Source: Eledone cirrhosa (Eukaryota). From it: a stretch of 57,195 nucleotides of DNA. The notes beneath the pieces were generated by a model. That model saw only the letters and a program-made list of their open reading frames with translations, was not told where the DNA came from and did no database searches. The stretch covers positions 1 through 57,195 of the forward strand of contig CAXHJY010001179.1 in NCBI GenBank assembly GCA_964016885.1, in the 5' to 3' direction. Positions 43,294-57,195 of the stretch are shown here, in pieces (the first letter of the stretch is position 1; each line of letters begins with the position of its first letter). The position numbers were made by a program, and so were the translations under genes.

Positions 43294-43491
43294 TTTTCTC
43301 ATTGATTACCATATATTAACTGCGTTGATATAATATATGGTAAGAAAAGGTTAGCTTCATTTGGCTGTGAATTTGTATATTGCAGTGCGCCACATCTAAT
43401 GGCTATATCAAGGTACGAATAACTGAGTGTATACACACACACATATTCACACACATATACGCGCATATGTATGTGTGTGTATATATATATA

Positions 43492-43524
<33 letters not shown>

Positions 43525-43595
43525 GTGTATATATACATATACATAAACGTGTGGATATATATATATGCATATACACACATATGTGCATGTGTATA

Positions 43596-43628
<33 letters not shown>

Positions 43629-43849
43629 GCATAAACAAATATGTGTGTGTGTATATATATATATATGCATAAACACACATATGTGTATGTGTATATATAT
43701 ATATATATATATGCATAAACACACATATATGTGTGTGTGTATATATATATGTGCATAAACACACATATGTGCGTGTGTATATATATATATATATATATGT
43801 ATAAACACACACATATCTGTGTGTGTATATATATATATATGCATAAACA

Positions 43850-43890
<41 letters not shown>

Positions 43891-44557
43891 ATAAACACAC
43901 ATGTGCGTGTGAATATATATATATATATATATGCATAAACACACATATATATGTGCGTGTATATATGTGTGTGTATATATATACTGTATATATGTGTGTG
44001 TATATATATACTGTATATATATATATGGATAAACACTCGTATATGTGTCTGTATATATATGAATGAAAGAATGAACGTCAGTTACTTGCAATACAATTTT
44101 CTTTTGAGGGTTCTTCACAACAGATGTTAATTAAGTAAAATAATTTAATGTCGGTATGGTAGGGACCCCACTTCTATCGTGAACATGAATAGAATATGTT
44201 CAGAAACACAACACGACCCGTATTGCACTACGTCGCCTCTATGACTCCCTCTAGAGGGACCATGCATGCATTATCGTTTCACAAACGAGATACGGTAGTC
44301 TTTTGTTAAATATTTTAATTCTATTTTAATTACTTCACACTCTCAGCTAATAATATCAACTCAATTAGAAAAAAAAACCAAAAACACGTAATTAATTTGT
44401 CTCCTCGTTTTCCTTAATTGACCAAATTGTTGTCTTTAATTCTAAAAAAAAACTTGAAGCGTGTAATGATTTCTTTCTTAAAACAATATCGTGTGGACGA
44501 AATTACTTTAAAAGAGAGATATTTCTATAGAGTTTTGATTTTTCAAGTATAATTTTG

Positions 44558-45045
44558 GGTGGTGGATTGGTGGTAATCGATAGAGTATCGGATGACATGC
44601 TTTTTGGCATATACGAGGGGTGTAGTCTGATATATATATATATGTGTGTGTCATATATATATATATATATATGTGTGTGTGATATATATATATATATATA
44701 TATATGTGTGTAAATATATATATACATATTTGAAAAATTCGTAGGCGAAGTATGGAAGAGTGATGCCAGAGCTTTGAAATCTTTCATGCATTAATTTCAA
44801 CTCTTCTTATTAAAAGCTGCATTTGTCTTTCCAGAGACTATGTTGAAAATATAAACCTCATTTGGTCATTCAATGAGAGTATCTTGGCCAGCCTCTGAAT
44901 TTTGCAACTCACTTTCGTAGTTATGTTCTTTTACGTTCTGAGTTCAAATCCCACCGATGTTATCTTTGAGTTTCATCCTTACGGGGTCGAAAAATAAAGT
45001 ACCAGTAATATATTGTTGTCGATTTCATCGACTTTCCCCAAAATG
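44558..45045 (+). mobile_element. SINE family 1 split by a mariner-like non-autonomous element (44612-44919)
   Basis: SINE head ends ggcata; insert TACGAGGGG...ctcactttCGTA; SINE resumes gttatgttcttttacgttctgagttcaaatccc. Confidence 0.7.
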
Positions 45046-45100
45046 TGTTGACCAACCAAAATCAAACAACTATATGTATAAAATCCCTCTCATCTATATA

Positions 45101-45280
45101 TAGGAAAAGAGTCAGGACCCCGACGGCTGAGCTCCGGCCGTTTCGACAGCTAGATCCGAAACGCTGGAGCTCAGCCGTCGGGGTCCTGACTCTTTTCCTA
45201 TTAGCCACTCTCCTACTCTAAGTATCGAGTACTCTGGTGCGTTATGGCCCACCTGGTATCATACCACACCTTCTTTGTTA
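45101..45280 (+). mobile_element. Family B palindromic element
   Basis: Inverted repeat 45101-45200 with central deletion; tail hairpin 45207-45230. Confidence 0.8.
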
Positions 45281-45289
45281 TACACACAC

Positions 45290-45346
<57 letters not shown>

Positions 45347-45424
45347 ATGTATAATTTAGATCGATATGCAATCATTTCGATCTCGTTGTACCATAACCGC
45401 TCAATGAAAAATTGGTGCCAAAAA

Positions 45425-45475
<51 letters not shown>

Positions 45476-45879
45476 TATATAATGTGTCCATATATATGTG
45501 TATATATGTGTGTGTGTTTGTATTGTACATATCCAACTAACGTTGAAACACCCCCCCCCCCACCCCCCAACTACACCCTCGCCCTCTGTTATTGTCGTCT
45601 CTGATGTCTGCTAAGATCTCTTCTTCATTGAAACTCTTCTCCGTGGTTTACATGTCAAACGCTATGGCACCAGAGGAACCATTTCCAAAGAACGGACATT
45701 GAATCTTCCATCTCCTGTCTCTTATTTCAGTCAACAGACACATCATCATCTTCTCCTCCTCCTCCTCCTCCGTTCCATCTGTGCCGTCCTAGCCGGACAT
45801 AAATCCATTACTGCAGCTCAGCTATTTGTTGTTAGTCTTTCTTTCTATTGCGATGCATTATTAATGAGTCCAACGCCAG

Positions 45880-46660
45880 CACCACCACCACCACCACCAC
45901 CACCACCACTACCACTACCACCACCACCACCACTACCACCACCACCACCACCACCACTACCACTACCACCACCACCACCACCACCACCACCAATAACATC
46001 ACCGCCACACCACCACCACCACCAATAACATCACCGCCACCACCACCACCATAACATCACCGCCACCACCACCACCAATAATCATTACCGCCACACCACC
46101 ACCACCACAAATAACATTACCGCCACACCACCACCACCACCAATAACATTACCGCCACACCACCACCACCACAAATAACATTACCGCCACACCACCACCA
46201 CCACAAATAACATTACCGCCACACCACCACCACCACAAATAACTTACCGCCACACCACCACCACCACAAATAACATTACCGCCACACCACCACCACCACA
46301 AATAACATTACCGCCACACCACCACCACCACAAATAACATTACCGCCACACCACCACCACCACAAATAACATTACCGCCACACCACCACCAATAACATCA
46401 CCGCCATCACCACCGCCACCAATAACATCACCGCCACCAACAACCCACACCAACACTACCACCACCATCACCACCACTACAACCACCACCACCACTACCA
46501 CCACCAACATCACCACCAATAACATTACCGCCACCACCACCAATAACATTACCACCAACACCAACACTACCACCACCATCACCGCCACCACCACTACCAC
46601 CACTACCACCAATACCACCAATACCATCGCCATCATCACCACCACCATCAACAACAACTC
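45880..46660. repeat. (ACC)n and ~32-bp aataacattaccgccacaccaccaccaccaca minisatellite
   Basis: Direct inspection. Confidence 0.9.
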
Positions 46661-46869
46661 TAGCATCACTCCTTCATAGTCAGCCTATGAACCTTTCAGC
46701 CAGCCGACCCTCCCTCGTATATACGGCATACGTATTCAGACCTGGAGAGGATTGGGCTCCACCAGGTTTTAAAATACCCTAGAAACGCCGTATTTCAATA
46801 CAGCCCCCCCCCCCCCCCCCCCCCCCTCCCCCAAGAGTTACGGGACCATACATGCAAGCATGTATATCC

Positions 46870-47790
46870 AATAATCTTGGTATATATGGCAAACCAGCCC
46901 TGGAGCTGAAAATCAAATATATACAACGCTATTGCTGCCCTTATCAACAAGCACTGGTTCACCAGTCCTGGATATATATGACATACCAACCACCAACTGC
47001 AAAAATCAAGTATATACATCGTTATCGCCACTATTGACAGTACTAGTTCGCCAGTCTTAGTGTATATGATATACCAACCCTGAACTCTAAAAATCAAATA
47101 CATTCAACACTGTTGCCACCCTTATTGACAGCACTGGTTCACCAGTCCTGGATATATATATATGACATACCAACCACCAACTGCAAAAATCAAGTATATA
47201 CATCGTTATTGTCACTATTGACAGTACTGGTCCACCAGTCTTGGTGTATATGATATACCAACCCTGGACTCCAAAATGTCAATTATACTCATAGCTACTG
47301 CCGTTAGTATTGACACACACTGAACAACAGTTCTGGTATATATAGTGGTGCTATTATATCAGATATGGCCTGGGCCAATACTGGCCGAAACCTATCAAAT
47401 TTAAACAAGTTATATGGCATACCAACCCTAGACTTCAAAAATTAAATACATTCAATTCTATTGCTATCATTATTGATAACACTTATGGCGGTGGATTGGC
47501 AGTATCGGTAGAGGGTCGGACGTCATGCTTTGACGCATTGAGTTACGGCTCTTGCCATTCTGAGTTCAAATCCCACCGAGGTCAACTTTGCCTTTCATTC
47601 TTACTGGGTCGATAAAATAAAGTACCAGTAATGTACTGGGTAATTGCTGGCCTTGTGCCAAAAGTAGAAACAATTATTGATAACACTGGTTCACCAGTCC
47701 TGGTGTATATGGTATACCAACCTTAGACTCTAAAAATCAAATATATTTATAGCCGTTGCCGTCATTATTGAAATCACTGGTCCAATAGTT
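46870..47790. repeat. Diverged ~88-bp tandem array interrupted by a SINE
   Basis: ataccaacc...aaaatcaa(a/g)ta...tattgacag..ctggttcaccagtc repeated about 8 times. Confidence 0.85.
47487..47672 (+). mobile_element. SINE family 1, full length with perfect 15-bp TSD
   Basis: attattgataacact at 47469-47483 and 47673-47687. Confidence 0.95.
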
Positions 47791-48236
47791 AGCATTAAAT
47801 CGTAGCGGTATCACAACAGACTAAACATATTTTCTTTAGTGGCTGTATGTGTTACCAAGCAAATATAACCGGTTGTTCGTGTATACATTCGTTTGCATAA
47901 ACGTTTTCTACATTTACACAAGATATTTGGTCATCGGAGTTGAAATCCAAGCTAACATGACAGGATGTATAATCCTATCTTCTTCTCAAAGTCAAGTCAA
48001 TTTTACAAAGCGTCCTATAATGTTCAGATTAATGAAGTTGAATAATACAGAACCACTCAAACAATAATATTGTATGTATTCAAAGTGAGTGAATAAATTG
48101 CATCATCTAACGTACAAATCCGTTTATCGTGTCAGCTGCCATGTTTCTGATCGAAGTCTGAACTTCCGGTACCATCATACAAAGCCATTTATACAAGCTT
48201 TTATTCTCTCTGTCTTTAAACATTTTCCGTTCTCGA

Positions 48237-48345
48237 GGCACGCATGTGGCTTAATGATTAGGGTGCTGGGACTCACGCTCGGACGTTCGAAAATTCGATT
48301 CTTGGCACTGTCAGTGTATTGTGTCCTTGAACAAGATAATATATT
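48237..48345 (+). mobile_element. SINE family 2 head (another, - strand, at 51560-51670)
   Basis: tgtggcttaatga, ttcgattc, tgtgtccttgaacaaga. Confidence 0.6.
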
Positions 48346-48524
48346 TTGAGCTGTTACCATCCACTTAGCTTGAGGCAGAGGAAGAGATATGTTGTGACGC
48401 CACTTGTGCTAAGATGCATCGGCTTTTGCCTTTCCCTTAGACAACTTAATACATGGTGTATATAGTATATATATATGGTGTTGTGAGGTGGAAAGTGACA
48501 TTGAGCTGGGGAAATGTTGAAAAA

Positions 48525-48631
48525 CCGCCAGGGTTCCCAAGCGGTCACCCATCTAAGTACTAACTAGGCTCGACGTTGCTTAACTTCGGTGATCGGACGA
48601 GAACCGGTGTTTTCAGCATGATATGGCCGTA
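48525..48631 (-). pseudogene. 5S rRNA-derived sequence (pseudogene or SINE3 head)
   Basis: Minus strand tacggccatatcatgctgaaaacaccggttctcgtccgatcaccgaagttaagcaacgtcgagcctagttagtacttagatgggtgaccgcttgggaa matches animal 5S; 3' end diverged; T5 follows. Confidence 0.9.
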
Positions 48632-48720
48632 AAGTTGACCTCAGCAGGATTTGAACTCAGAGAGCAGAGTCGGAGCTAATGCCACAAAGCATTGTATCCG
48701 ACATTCCTCCAACTTTACCG
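48632..48720 (-). mobile_element. SINE family 1 head abutting the 5S 5' end
   Basis: Minus strand ctgagttcaaatcctgctgaggtcaactt. Confidence 0.75.
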
Positions 48721-50272
48721 TAATGTAATTACGATTAATTTAGCCAGGAAGTTAATTAATTATTAGGAGGTTGGATTTATATGCATAAATTTGTGTAGGT
48801 TGCGTTCAGGTACACATACATCTTAACAGACACACACACACACAAATACGCACACACACACACACACACACACAAATACACACACTCTCTCTCTCTCTCC
48901 CTCGCACATACACACACTCTCTCCCTGTCAGACAACCACAAACTCTCTCTCTCTCCCCCTCACACATACTCATTCACTATCTCCCCTCACACTCTCTCTC
49001 TCACATCCCCTCACACTCTCTCTCCCTCCCTCACATTCTCTTTCTCCCCCCGCACACGCTCTTCCTCCATCCCCTCACACACTCTCTTGCTCCCTCCCTT
49101 ACTCTCTCTCTCCCTCCCCCTCACTCTCCCCCCTAACTCTCCCCCCTCGCTCTCCCCCTCACTCTCTCTTCCCCCTCCCCACTCCTCTCTTTCCGCTCCC
49201 CTCTATCCCCCTCCCCTCTCTCCCTCCCTTCACACACTGTCTCTCCCATCCGTCTCACACTCCCCATCCGTCTCACACACTCCCCATCCGTCTCACACAC
49301 TATTTTCCTACTCCCTCACACCTACTTCCCTTTACCCCTTCCCCCCCCCACTCACACCCTCTTCCTCTTCCTCTCCCTCTCCCCCAAAAGACACTCTCCC
49401 CCATTCACTCTCGTCTTTACACATAACCATCCAATTACAACATAATTCAAAGTGTACTTGGTGCCGAGACCGATGGATGATCTGTTTCATATCTGAATAA
49501 TGTTTAATCTATACTTATATATATCTGTATATATCTAAAGGTCTGAAGCCATACATGTTAACATACAAGGTACAAATATTTGTGTAAGTGTGTGTGGGTG
49601 AGTATATATATATATATATATATACTTATACAGATATCCATAAATATATATACGTATATCTATATTTTGTATATGCATATACATGTGTGTGTGTAATATA
49701 TATATATATTATACACACACACATGTATATACATATATAAATATAGATATACGTATATATATTTATGGATATCTGTATAAGTGTATATATGATATCCATA
49801 AATATATATACGTATATCTATATTTATATATGCATATACATGTGTGTGTGTGTGTATAATATATATATATGTGTGAACATATATACGTGTGTATATTCTT
49901 ATGAAAGTATCTCGCCTTTCCTCTTTCCTCAACTCAAATAACTGTAACTTCGTGCAATGACGCAATCAGATTTTCAGAGTTCTTAAATTATGATTGACCA
50001 GTTTCAACTTTGGTCTTGGCAGCAAGAGGTCATAAAGTGGTCAAACATGTATATGATTGTGTGATTTTGTTCACTGAACTGCATTCCAAAATACATTCGA
50101 TATATTCGCACTTGTCATATACATTTCTTCCATACCTGTCTTCACATTCTCAATATTGACCGCAGAGTGGCATTGCTAATTTTAATTGTGATATATTAAT
50201 GTCTTTCCTGACATCGATTCTGTAAATAATTTCCAGGTCTGTTTCACATTATCTTCTACAATCTTCGATTTT

Positions 50273-50763
50273 GTTCCATAGACGGCCATTTTGAGAAGGT
50301 GTAGATGGTTAGTTCTGTTCTATAGACGGCCATTTTGAGAAGGTGTAGATGGTTAGTTCTGTTCCATAGACGGCCATTTTGAGAAATTGTAGATGGTTAG
50401 TTCTGTTCTATAGACGGCCATTTTAAGAAGGTGGAGATGTTAGTTCTGTTCTATAGACGGCCATTTTGAGAAGGTGGGGATGATAAGTTATGGTCTATAG
50501 ACGGCCATTTTGAGAAAGTGGAGATGGTTAGTTCTGTTCTATAGACGGCCATTTTCAGAAGGTGGAGATTGTTACTTCTGTTCTATAGACGGCCATTTTA
50601 AGAAGGTGGAGATGGTTAGTTCTGTTCTATAGACGGCCATTTTGAGAAGGTGGGGATGGTAAGTTATGTTCTATAGACGGCCATTTTGAGAAGGTGGAGA
50701 TGGTTAGTTCTGTTCAATAGACGGCCATTTTGAGAAGGTGGAGAGGGTTAGTTATGTTGCATA
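50273..50763. repeat. 44-bp minisatellite, 11 copies
   Basis: gacggccattttgagaaggtggagatggttagttctgttctata; starts at 50281, 50325, 50369 ... 50720. Confidence 0.97.
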
Positions 50764-51808
50764 GTATCGATATCAATAATTTCAGTTGTATTTGAAAGTG
50801 GAAGGAAGAAAGCCAACTAGCAGAGATAAAGGATGAAGAGCAAGATATAGATGGCTAAATATTTCTGATTTGCTGGCTTGATAAAGGTACTTTCAATTTT
50901 CCTTCGCTGCGGCATATACAGAAATGAACGTAAGTTCTTGGTGTGTGTGTATGTGCGGGGAACATACAAATATTCGGTTTGGTGCACGAGGGCGTGGTTC
51001 AGTCGACGGAAGTGAGAGACTCCTGGTACTTGTTAGGACGTCATTCTAGAAGAAGGAAAACTCAGATGTAAATCCTGCAACTCGATAGCAGCCAATGATG
51101 TTGACCTGGTCTTGTTTTGGGATACCTGCCACCGGTAATCAGTGTGGGATTGGTCCAGTGCAATACTTTTCTTTGCTTAAAAAAATGTCAAGTACTGGCA
51201 TCACTTGATCTAAAGGTCTTTCCCCTGTGTGGCATAAGCATACCTGGCTGTAACCAAAAATGGATATATCTTTCTTTCGTTGCAACATATACAGCAAGGA
51301 ATGCAAGTTCATGGTAGAGCTAAAAGGTCACGTTTGTGCCACCCATGTGTGAGAAATTCCATCAAGCAATTCTCGAAAGCGGGATGTAGCTATCTTATGA
51401 ATATATGCGTGTGGGTGTGTGGCACTTTCATCTTTCCTCAACGCATAACCCAATTATGCTGGTTTAGCTGACCTTCTAGAAAAGGGCATCAAAGAGGAAT
51501 TTTCTTGGGTGTTCTGATGATAGAGGTCCCAGTCCTAACAAGGAAATATGATGTTAAAATGAAGTGTCTTTCTCCTCCAGAATACAAGGCACCGTCAGGT
51601 TGAGGAATCGAGCACACAACCTTATGTCTGTGACTCAAGCATTCTAACCACTAGGCTATGTACCTTCACTAGAATACATTCAACATGCTAAGTAGAAACT
51701 GGACTTATATATATTTTATATTTGTTCCAACTCGAAAACTTCCTAAGTGGAAACAGCGTTAAGTTATTAACGAGCTCTTTTTTTAATAAAATAAGAAGGA
51801 AAATAGGC

Positions 51809-51847
<39 letters not shown>

Positions 51848-52140
51848 GTTGGTGTGTGTGCGTGCGGGTGTGTATATGTTGTTGCTACCGCTATCTTGTC
51901 TTAAATCATAGTGGAGGATTGACGGTTGAACTGGGTGTTGTATGTTTTCCGTTATGCTCTTTCATTGAGTGCTCTCTCGCTCTCTCTCTCTCCCTCTCTC
52001 TTCCTACATCTCTCTCTGTCTCTCTCCTCTCTCTCTCTATATATATATATGATCCTAAATCAAGAGAAATATATTTCGCGCCCGTCTTGAACATACAAAT
52101 GGTACGAAAGTTGCAACGAAAAATATATCTATATATATTT

Positions 52141-52500
<360 letters not shown>

Positions 52501-52930
52501 TTCAATGACATTAAATAAATGGAAACTATATTTATAAAACCATATTTATTCTATTATATAAATGTTAAGGGTACCAACAATTTTGGTACGCTAACATCAG
52601 ATAAAATACAAAATGTTTTATAAATATTTGAGATGACCAAGGATAATATACCTTAACGGTTCAAGTTATCCTTGGAATAACTTGAACCGTTAAGGTATAT
52701 TATCCTTGGTCATGTCAAATATTTATAAAACATTTTTTATTTTATCTGATGTTAGCGTACCAAAATTGTTGGTACCCTTGAAATATATATAATAGAATAA
52801 ATATGGTTTTATAAATATAGTTTCCATTTATTTAATGCCATTGAACACTTACTCCAGAAAATCTGTCGAGTGCTCTGAATCAGTTGTAAACATCTATATT
52901 TGTTGGATTTCCAACAAATTAAACATCTCT

Positions 52931-52933
<3 letters not shown>
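52501..52933 (+). mobile_element. Family C palindromic HHR element
   Basis: 345-bp inverted repeat 52501-52845; HHR 52737-52800 with CTGATGT variant core; bulged hairpin 52851-52871. Confidence 0.85.
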
Positions 52934-52988
<55 letters not shown>

Positions 52989-53489
52989 TATATATATGAG
53001 GGGTGTATATATAATGTTTGTGCGTGTGTACTGGATGTGTTACTTATATTCTGATGTTCTGATGTCTAAATTTCGATATCTTTACACTTATTTTTTTACC
53101 TCTTCTCAATTACCATATTGAAAGGCTTCATAAAATGTGTTTCCTCACCAAGCAACGCTGACTGCTGGAGACAAGCTTATTGATGTGTTATCGATACTTT
53201 TTCTCCTTCAAATTCTAGATATATTAAGAGAGTGCTGTAGCAGTTTTTCTTGTTTTGTTTTTGTTCTTACTCCATGCTGTGTAGATATGCCTTTTCACAG
53301 TGTGTTGGGGGTTTGGAGGGGATCTTCCTTCATCGGTTACGACGATGAGTGTTCCAGTTGTTTGACCAACGGAAGATCTTGCTTTTCTTTTTCTGCTTTT
53401 AATGTAATTGAAAAGGCCAGTCCTGTCACGAAAGTTGATATCATAGAAATAATTTCGGATTTAGGCAGGGGGCCCGTCAAATATAGAAG

Positions 53490-53648
53490 AGGGCAAAGTC
53501 GATTGAATTGACTCCAGTATTTAACTGGTACTTTATTTTATCGGTCCCGGGAAAATGAAAAGCAAAGTTAATCTCGGTGAAGGGCAGTAACTAGATACCA
53601 CAAAGCGTTTTATCCGATGCTCTACCGATTCTGCTAACCCTCCGCCCT
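53490..53648 (-). mobile_element. SINE family 1, degenerate
   Basis: actggtactttattttatcggtccc...ctctaccgattctgctaaccctccgcc. Confidence 0.75.
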
Positions 53649-53771
53649 TAAATGATGTATATTAAATAGGCATAAGGACTGGGGCTTTGGTTTTTTTTTA
53701 AAACTAATCAAAGTGTGAAGGCAACAACTGAAATACCCATCTTAGAAACTGGTGGAGGTCCATTCCATCAT

Positions 53772-54540
53772 TTGTGTATGAGTGTGTTTGTGTGAATGTA
53801 TGTATAGTTGTGTATATGTGAGTGTGTGTTTATGTATATATGTGTGTAGGTGCATGTGTGTAGATATGTGTGTTTAGGTATGTGTTTGTGTGTATGTGTT
53901 TAGGTGTTCTTGGGTGTATGATTTAGGTATGTGTTGAGGTGTATGTGTCAGTGTGTAAATGCCTGTTTAGATGTGTGTTTGTGTTTAGGTATGTGTTTGT
54001 GTATGTGTTTAGATGCATGTTCGTGTGTGTGTTTAAATGTATGTATGTGTGTTTAGATGTATGTTTTTGTATTTGTGTTTAGATGTATGTTCGTGTGTGT
54101 TTAAGTGTATGTTTGTGTATGTTTTTAGATGTATGTTTGTGTATGTATGTGTATGCGTGTTTAGATGTATGTTCGTGTGTGTTTAAGTGTATGTTTGTGT
54201 ACGTTTAAGTGTATGTTTGTGTATGTTTTAGATGTATGTATGTGTATGTGTGTTTAGATGTATGTTCGTGTGTGTTTAAGTGTATATTTGTGTATGTTTG
54301 TGTATGTTTGTATGCATGTTTAGATGTATGTTCGTGTGTGTGTTTAAGTGTACGTTTGTGTATGTTTTTAGATGTATGTTTGTGTATGTATGCATGATTA
54401 TATGTATGTTCGTGTGTGTGTTTAAGTGTATGTTTGTGTATGTATGTATGCATGTTTAGATGTATATTCGTGTGTGTGTTTAAGTGTATGTTTTTAGATG
54501 TATGCTTGTGTATGTTTTTAGGTGTATGTAGGTTTATGCC
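53772..54540. repeat. Degenerate TG-rich repeat (gtgtttagatgtatgttc / gtgtttaagtgtatgttt)
   Basis: Direct inspection. Confidence 0.85.
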
Positions 54541-54916
54541 TGTGCATATGTCTGTATCTATCTATATATACTTGTATGGGTACAATATGAGAGTCTATTT
54601 GTTAATGGTAGGAATATTACCAGCTACTCCTCATTAACTATGTTTTGCTACATTGCTGTGCAATATATCTTCCTCCTGTTTAAATATTTCAACTTTGCTA
54701 TTACTGACAAGGTCAAGCTGTGGCTCTCTCTATGCATATTTCAATACACACACACACACAACATGGAGACCACACACACACATAGATCACACGTTCACAT
54801 ACACATACGTACAAATATATATATGTATATATATATATATGTATATACATATATTTGCATGCATATATGCTCCTATATATATGTATATTGTGTGTGTATG
54901 TGTGTGTGTGTATATA

Positions 54917-54949
<33 letters not shown>

Positions 54950-55046
54950 TTGCATGCATATTTGCTCATATATACATGTATATGTATATTGTGTGTATGT
55001 ATATATATATATATATACATGCATATATACATGTATATGTATATAT

Positions 55047-55077
<31 letters not shown>

Positions 55078-55676
55078 TTACATGCATATATGCTCATATA
55101 TACATGTTTATGTATAGTGAGTGTATGTATGTATATATATATATATGCACATACATATATATTCGTTTATACATGTATATATACACACGTATATACAAAT
55201 AGCCCCCCATATATATATATGTATGTATGTGTGTGTGAGTGTGTGTTCCATGATAAACAAATTTAACGTCCATGGAAACAGCTGATGTGTGTTCTAACAT
55301 CTGTTTGTTTATTTATAATCATTGGACGTTTACAACCCTCGTTTAGTGATGACTTTCTGAAAGAGAGAGATTCAAATGACATCCATGCAATAAATAATTT
55401 ATCAAGAATATCGATCAAGATGTCGAAAATAATGAGAGAAAGAAAAAAAAACCAAAGTTCCACCAAAATATCTACTGTTTTAAGCAGCCAACCAACTAAA
55501 AAGCAAAGCAAAGGAAACCAAACAGTTTCCTCGATCTAACATAACAGAATAGAACTAAAACAATAACAGACAGTTCCTTTCTAATTCTATAAAGATTTCA
55601 TTGTATTTCCACGTAGTTTTTTTTTTTGTGAGAACGAAGCAACTAAAAAAATTTAGCCTTAAAATTACAAAGAATT

Positions 55677-55740
<64 letters not shown>

Positions 55741-55741
<1 letters not shown>

Positions 55742-56065
55742 ATGATATTAATAAATGGAAACTATCTTTATAAAACCATATTTATTTTATTATATATATT
55801 TCAAGGGTACCAACATTTTGGTACGCTCTCATCAGATAAAATACAAAAGTTATTTTAAAACAACTTTCCTATTTTATCTCTTGAGTGCGTACCAAAATGT
55901 TGGTACCCTTGAAATATATATAATAAAATAAATATGGTTTTATAATGATAGTTTCTATTTATGAATATCATTAATATTATACTCCAGAAGAAAGCTGTAG
56001 AGTGCTTCGAATCTGTTATAAATAAATTTGTTGAATAACCAACAAATTAAATATATCTTTGCTTA
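55741..56065 (+). mobile_element. Family C palindromic HHR element
   Basis: 232-bp inverted repeat 55741-55972, homologous to 52501-52933; bulged hairpin 55981-56003. Confidence 0.85.
55783..55843 (-). ncRNA. Type I hammerhead ribozyme, intact core (family C)
   Basis: tattttat-CTGATGA-gagcgtaccaa aatg ttggtaccctt-GAA-atatatat-A-ataaaata. Confidence 0.78.
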
Positions 56066-56090
56066 TACATATATGTGTGTGTGTGTGTGT

Positions 56091-56284
56091 AAAAGGCAAA
56101 CAGAAATAACAATACAATCGGTACAGTATATGGAAGGAATATATTAGGTTAACGTTTCGGACACTACTCCTTCATCAGAAGAAAAAATGAGAAATAAGAT
56201 AGATTGAGGGGACGGGCGGGTTAGAATTGAGAAAAAAATGTCTTTAGATAAAAATAACAGGTCCATTTATGTTGACAGCTCTTG

Positions 56285-56288
<4 letters not shown>
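56091..56288 (-). mobile_element. Penelope-like pLTR remnant with minimal HHR core 56149-56180
   Basis: Minus strand CTGATGA-a-gga gtagtg tcc-GAAACGTTAA; helix I weak. Confidence 0.55.
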
Positions 56289-56349
<61 letters not shown>

Positions 56350-56920
56350 GAGGAAGGCTTCTTATTACGAAGTCTGCGGATGGTCTGCCAGAACACTTTA
56401 TTTGCATATCTGAAGTCGGATTCCAGCTTAAACCCCAAGTCCTGCCATGTCTTAACTGTGGACGCTTTTACTGTCTCTGCTGCAATTTGTTCGTGCCTTC
56501 ATGTACCACAAGTACAAGAAGAAGGACTTGTTTCCAAGCCAAGCTTTGTAAGCCCCCTTCTTGGCTCAGATGGCATTTGTGCCATCTTGATCGAACCAAA
56601 GGGTCTTCCTACCATTCGGCGCCACATGCAGGCCTCTTTTGCCCGCAGCATTTAGCAGCTGAAGCAAAAACTGGTGAGATGAACAATCTCCACTTCGTCG
56701 CAACGTCTTCAGTTTGTTCGGGGAGTTCTCTAAATTTGGATGCCATAGTATCTGCATACCTGGTCTTGACTTCCTTATCCACCTTTCCACAATAACCTTT
56801 TGGTCGACCTGGACCTGCCAGTTTTGTGGGCTTCTTTGGCTTTAGGTAGTCTCAAGTTGCAGATAACCAGATGGTGATCAGTTGACATCTGAGCCCCTCT
56901 TAATACGTACATCCAGCAAA
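56350..56920 (-). mobile_element. RTE-clade LINE fragment: APE endonuclease C-terminus and linker, frameshifted
   Basis: [24 protein letters not shown] and GFKLESDFRYANKVFWQTIRRLR. Confidence 0.85.
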
Positions 56921-56940
56921 ATATATGTATGTGTGCGCGT

Positions 56941-57195
<255 letters not shown>

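Noticed and set aside
48525-48631. Functional 5S rRNA gene
   Set aside because: 3' strand of helix I missing, box C altered, single copy with a SINE head in place of the upstream flank
50273-50763. Regular repeats resembling a CRISPR array (also 33906-34335, 24281-24568)
   Set aside because: Head-to-tail units without unique spacers, no cas genes, eukaryotic context

Overview
AT-rich, repeat-dominated eukaryotic non-coding DNA. The SINE families and extreme (TA)n/(CA)n content resemble octopus/cephalopod genomes (inference from pattern recognition, not a database search). No intact protein-coding gene or convincing exon was found: nearly all supplied ORFs are microsatellite artefacts (YI/HT/CV/SL runs), and the only protein-like signals are decayed non-LTR retrotransposon fragments (RTE, RTE-X, possibly CRE). 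The window holds about 30 tRNA-derived SINE copies or fragments in 3 families, mariner-like ends, a 5S rRNA retrocopy fused to a SINE head, and several minisatellites, two visibly derived from TEs. The most striking signal is a set of about 20 short non-coding elements or fragments in (TA)n tracts. They fall into at least 4 sequence-distinct families (A-D) plus singletons. They form long fold-back palindromes and carry complete or half type I hammerhead ribozymes (HHR), as in Penelope-like pseudo-LTRs. Families A-D also share a covarying bulged 3' hairpin, RCTC-stem-loop-stem-TH-GAGY. Coordinates were read by eye and boundaries may be off by a few bases.
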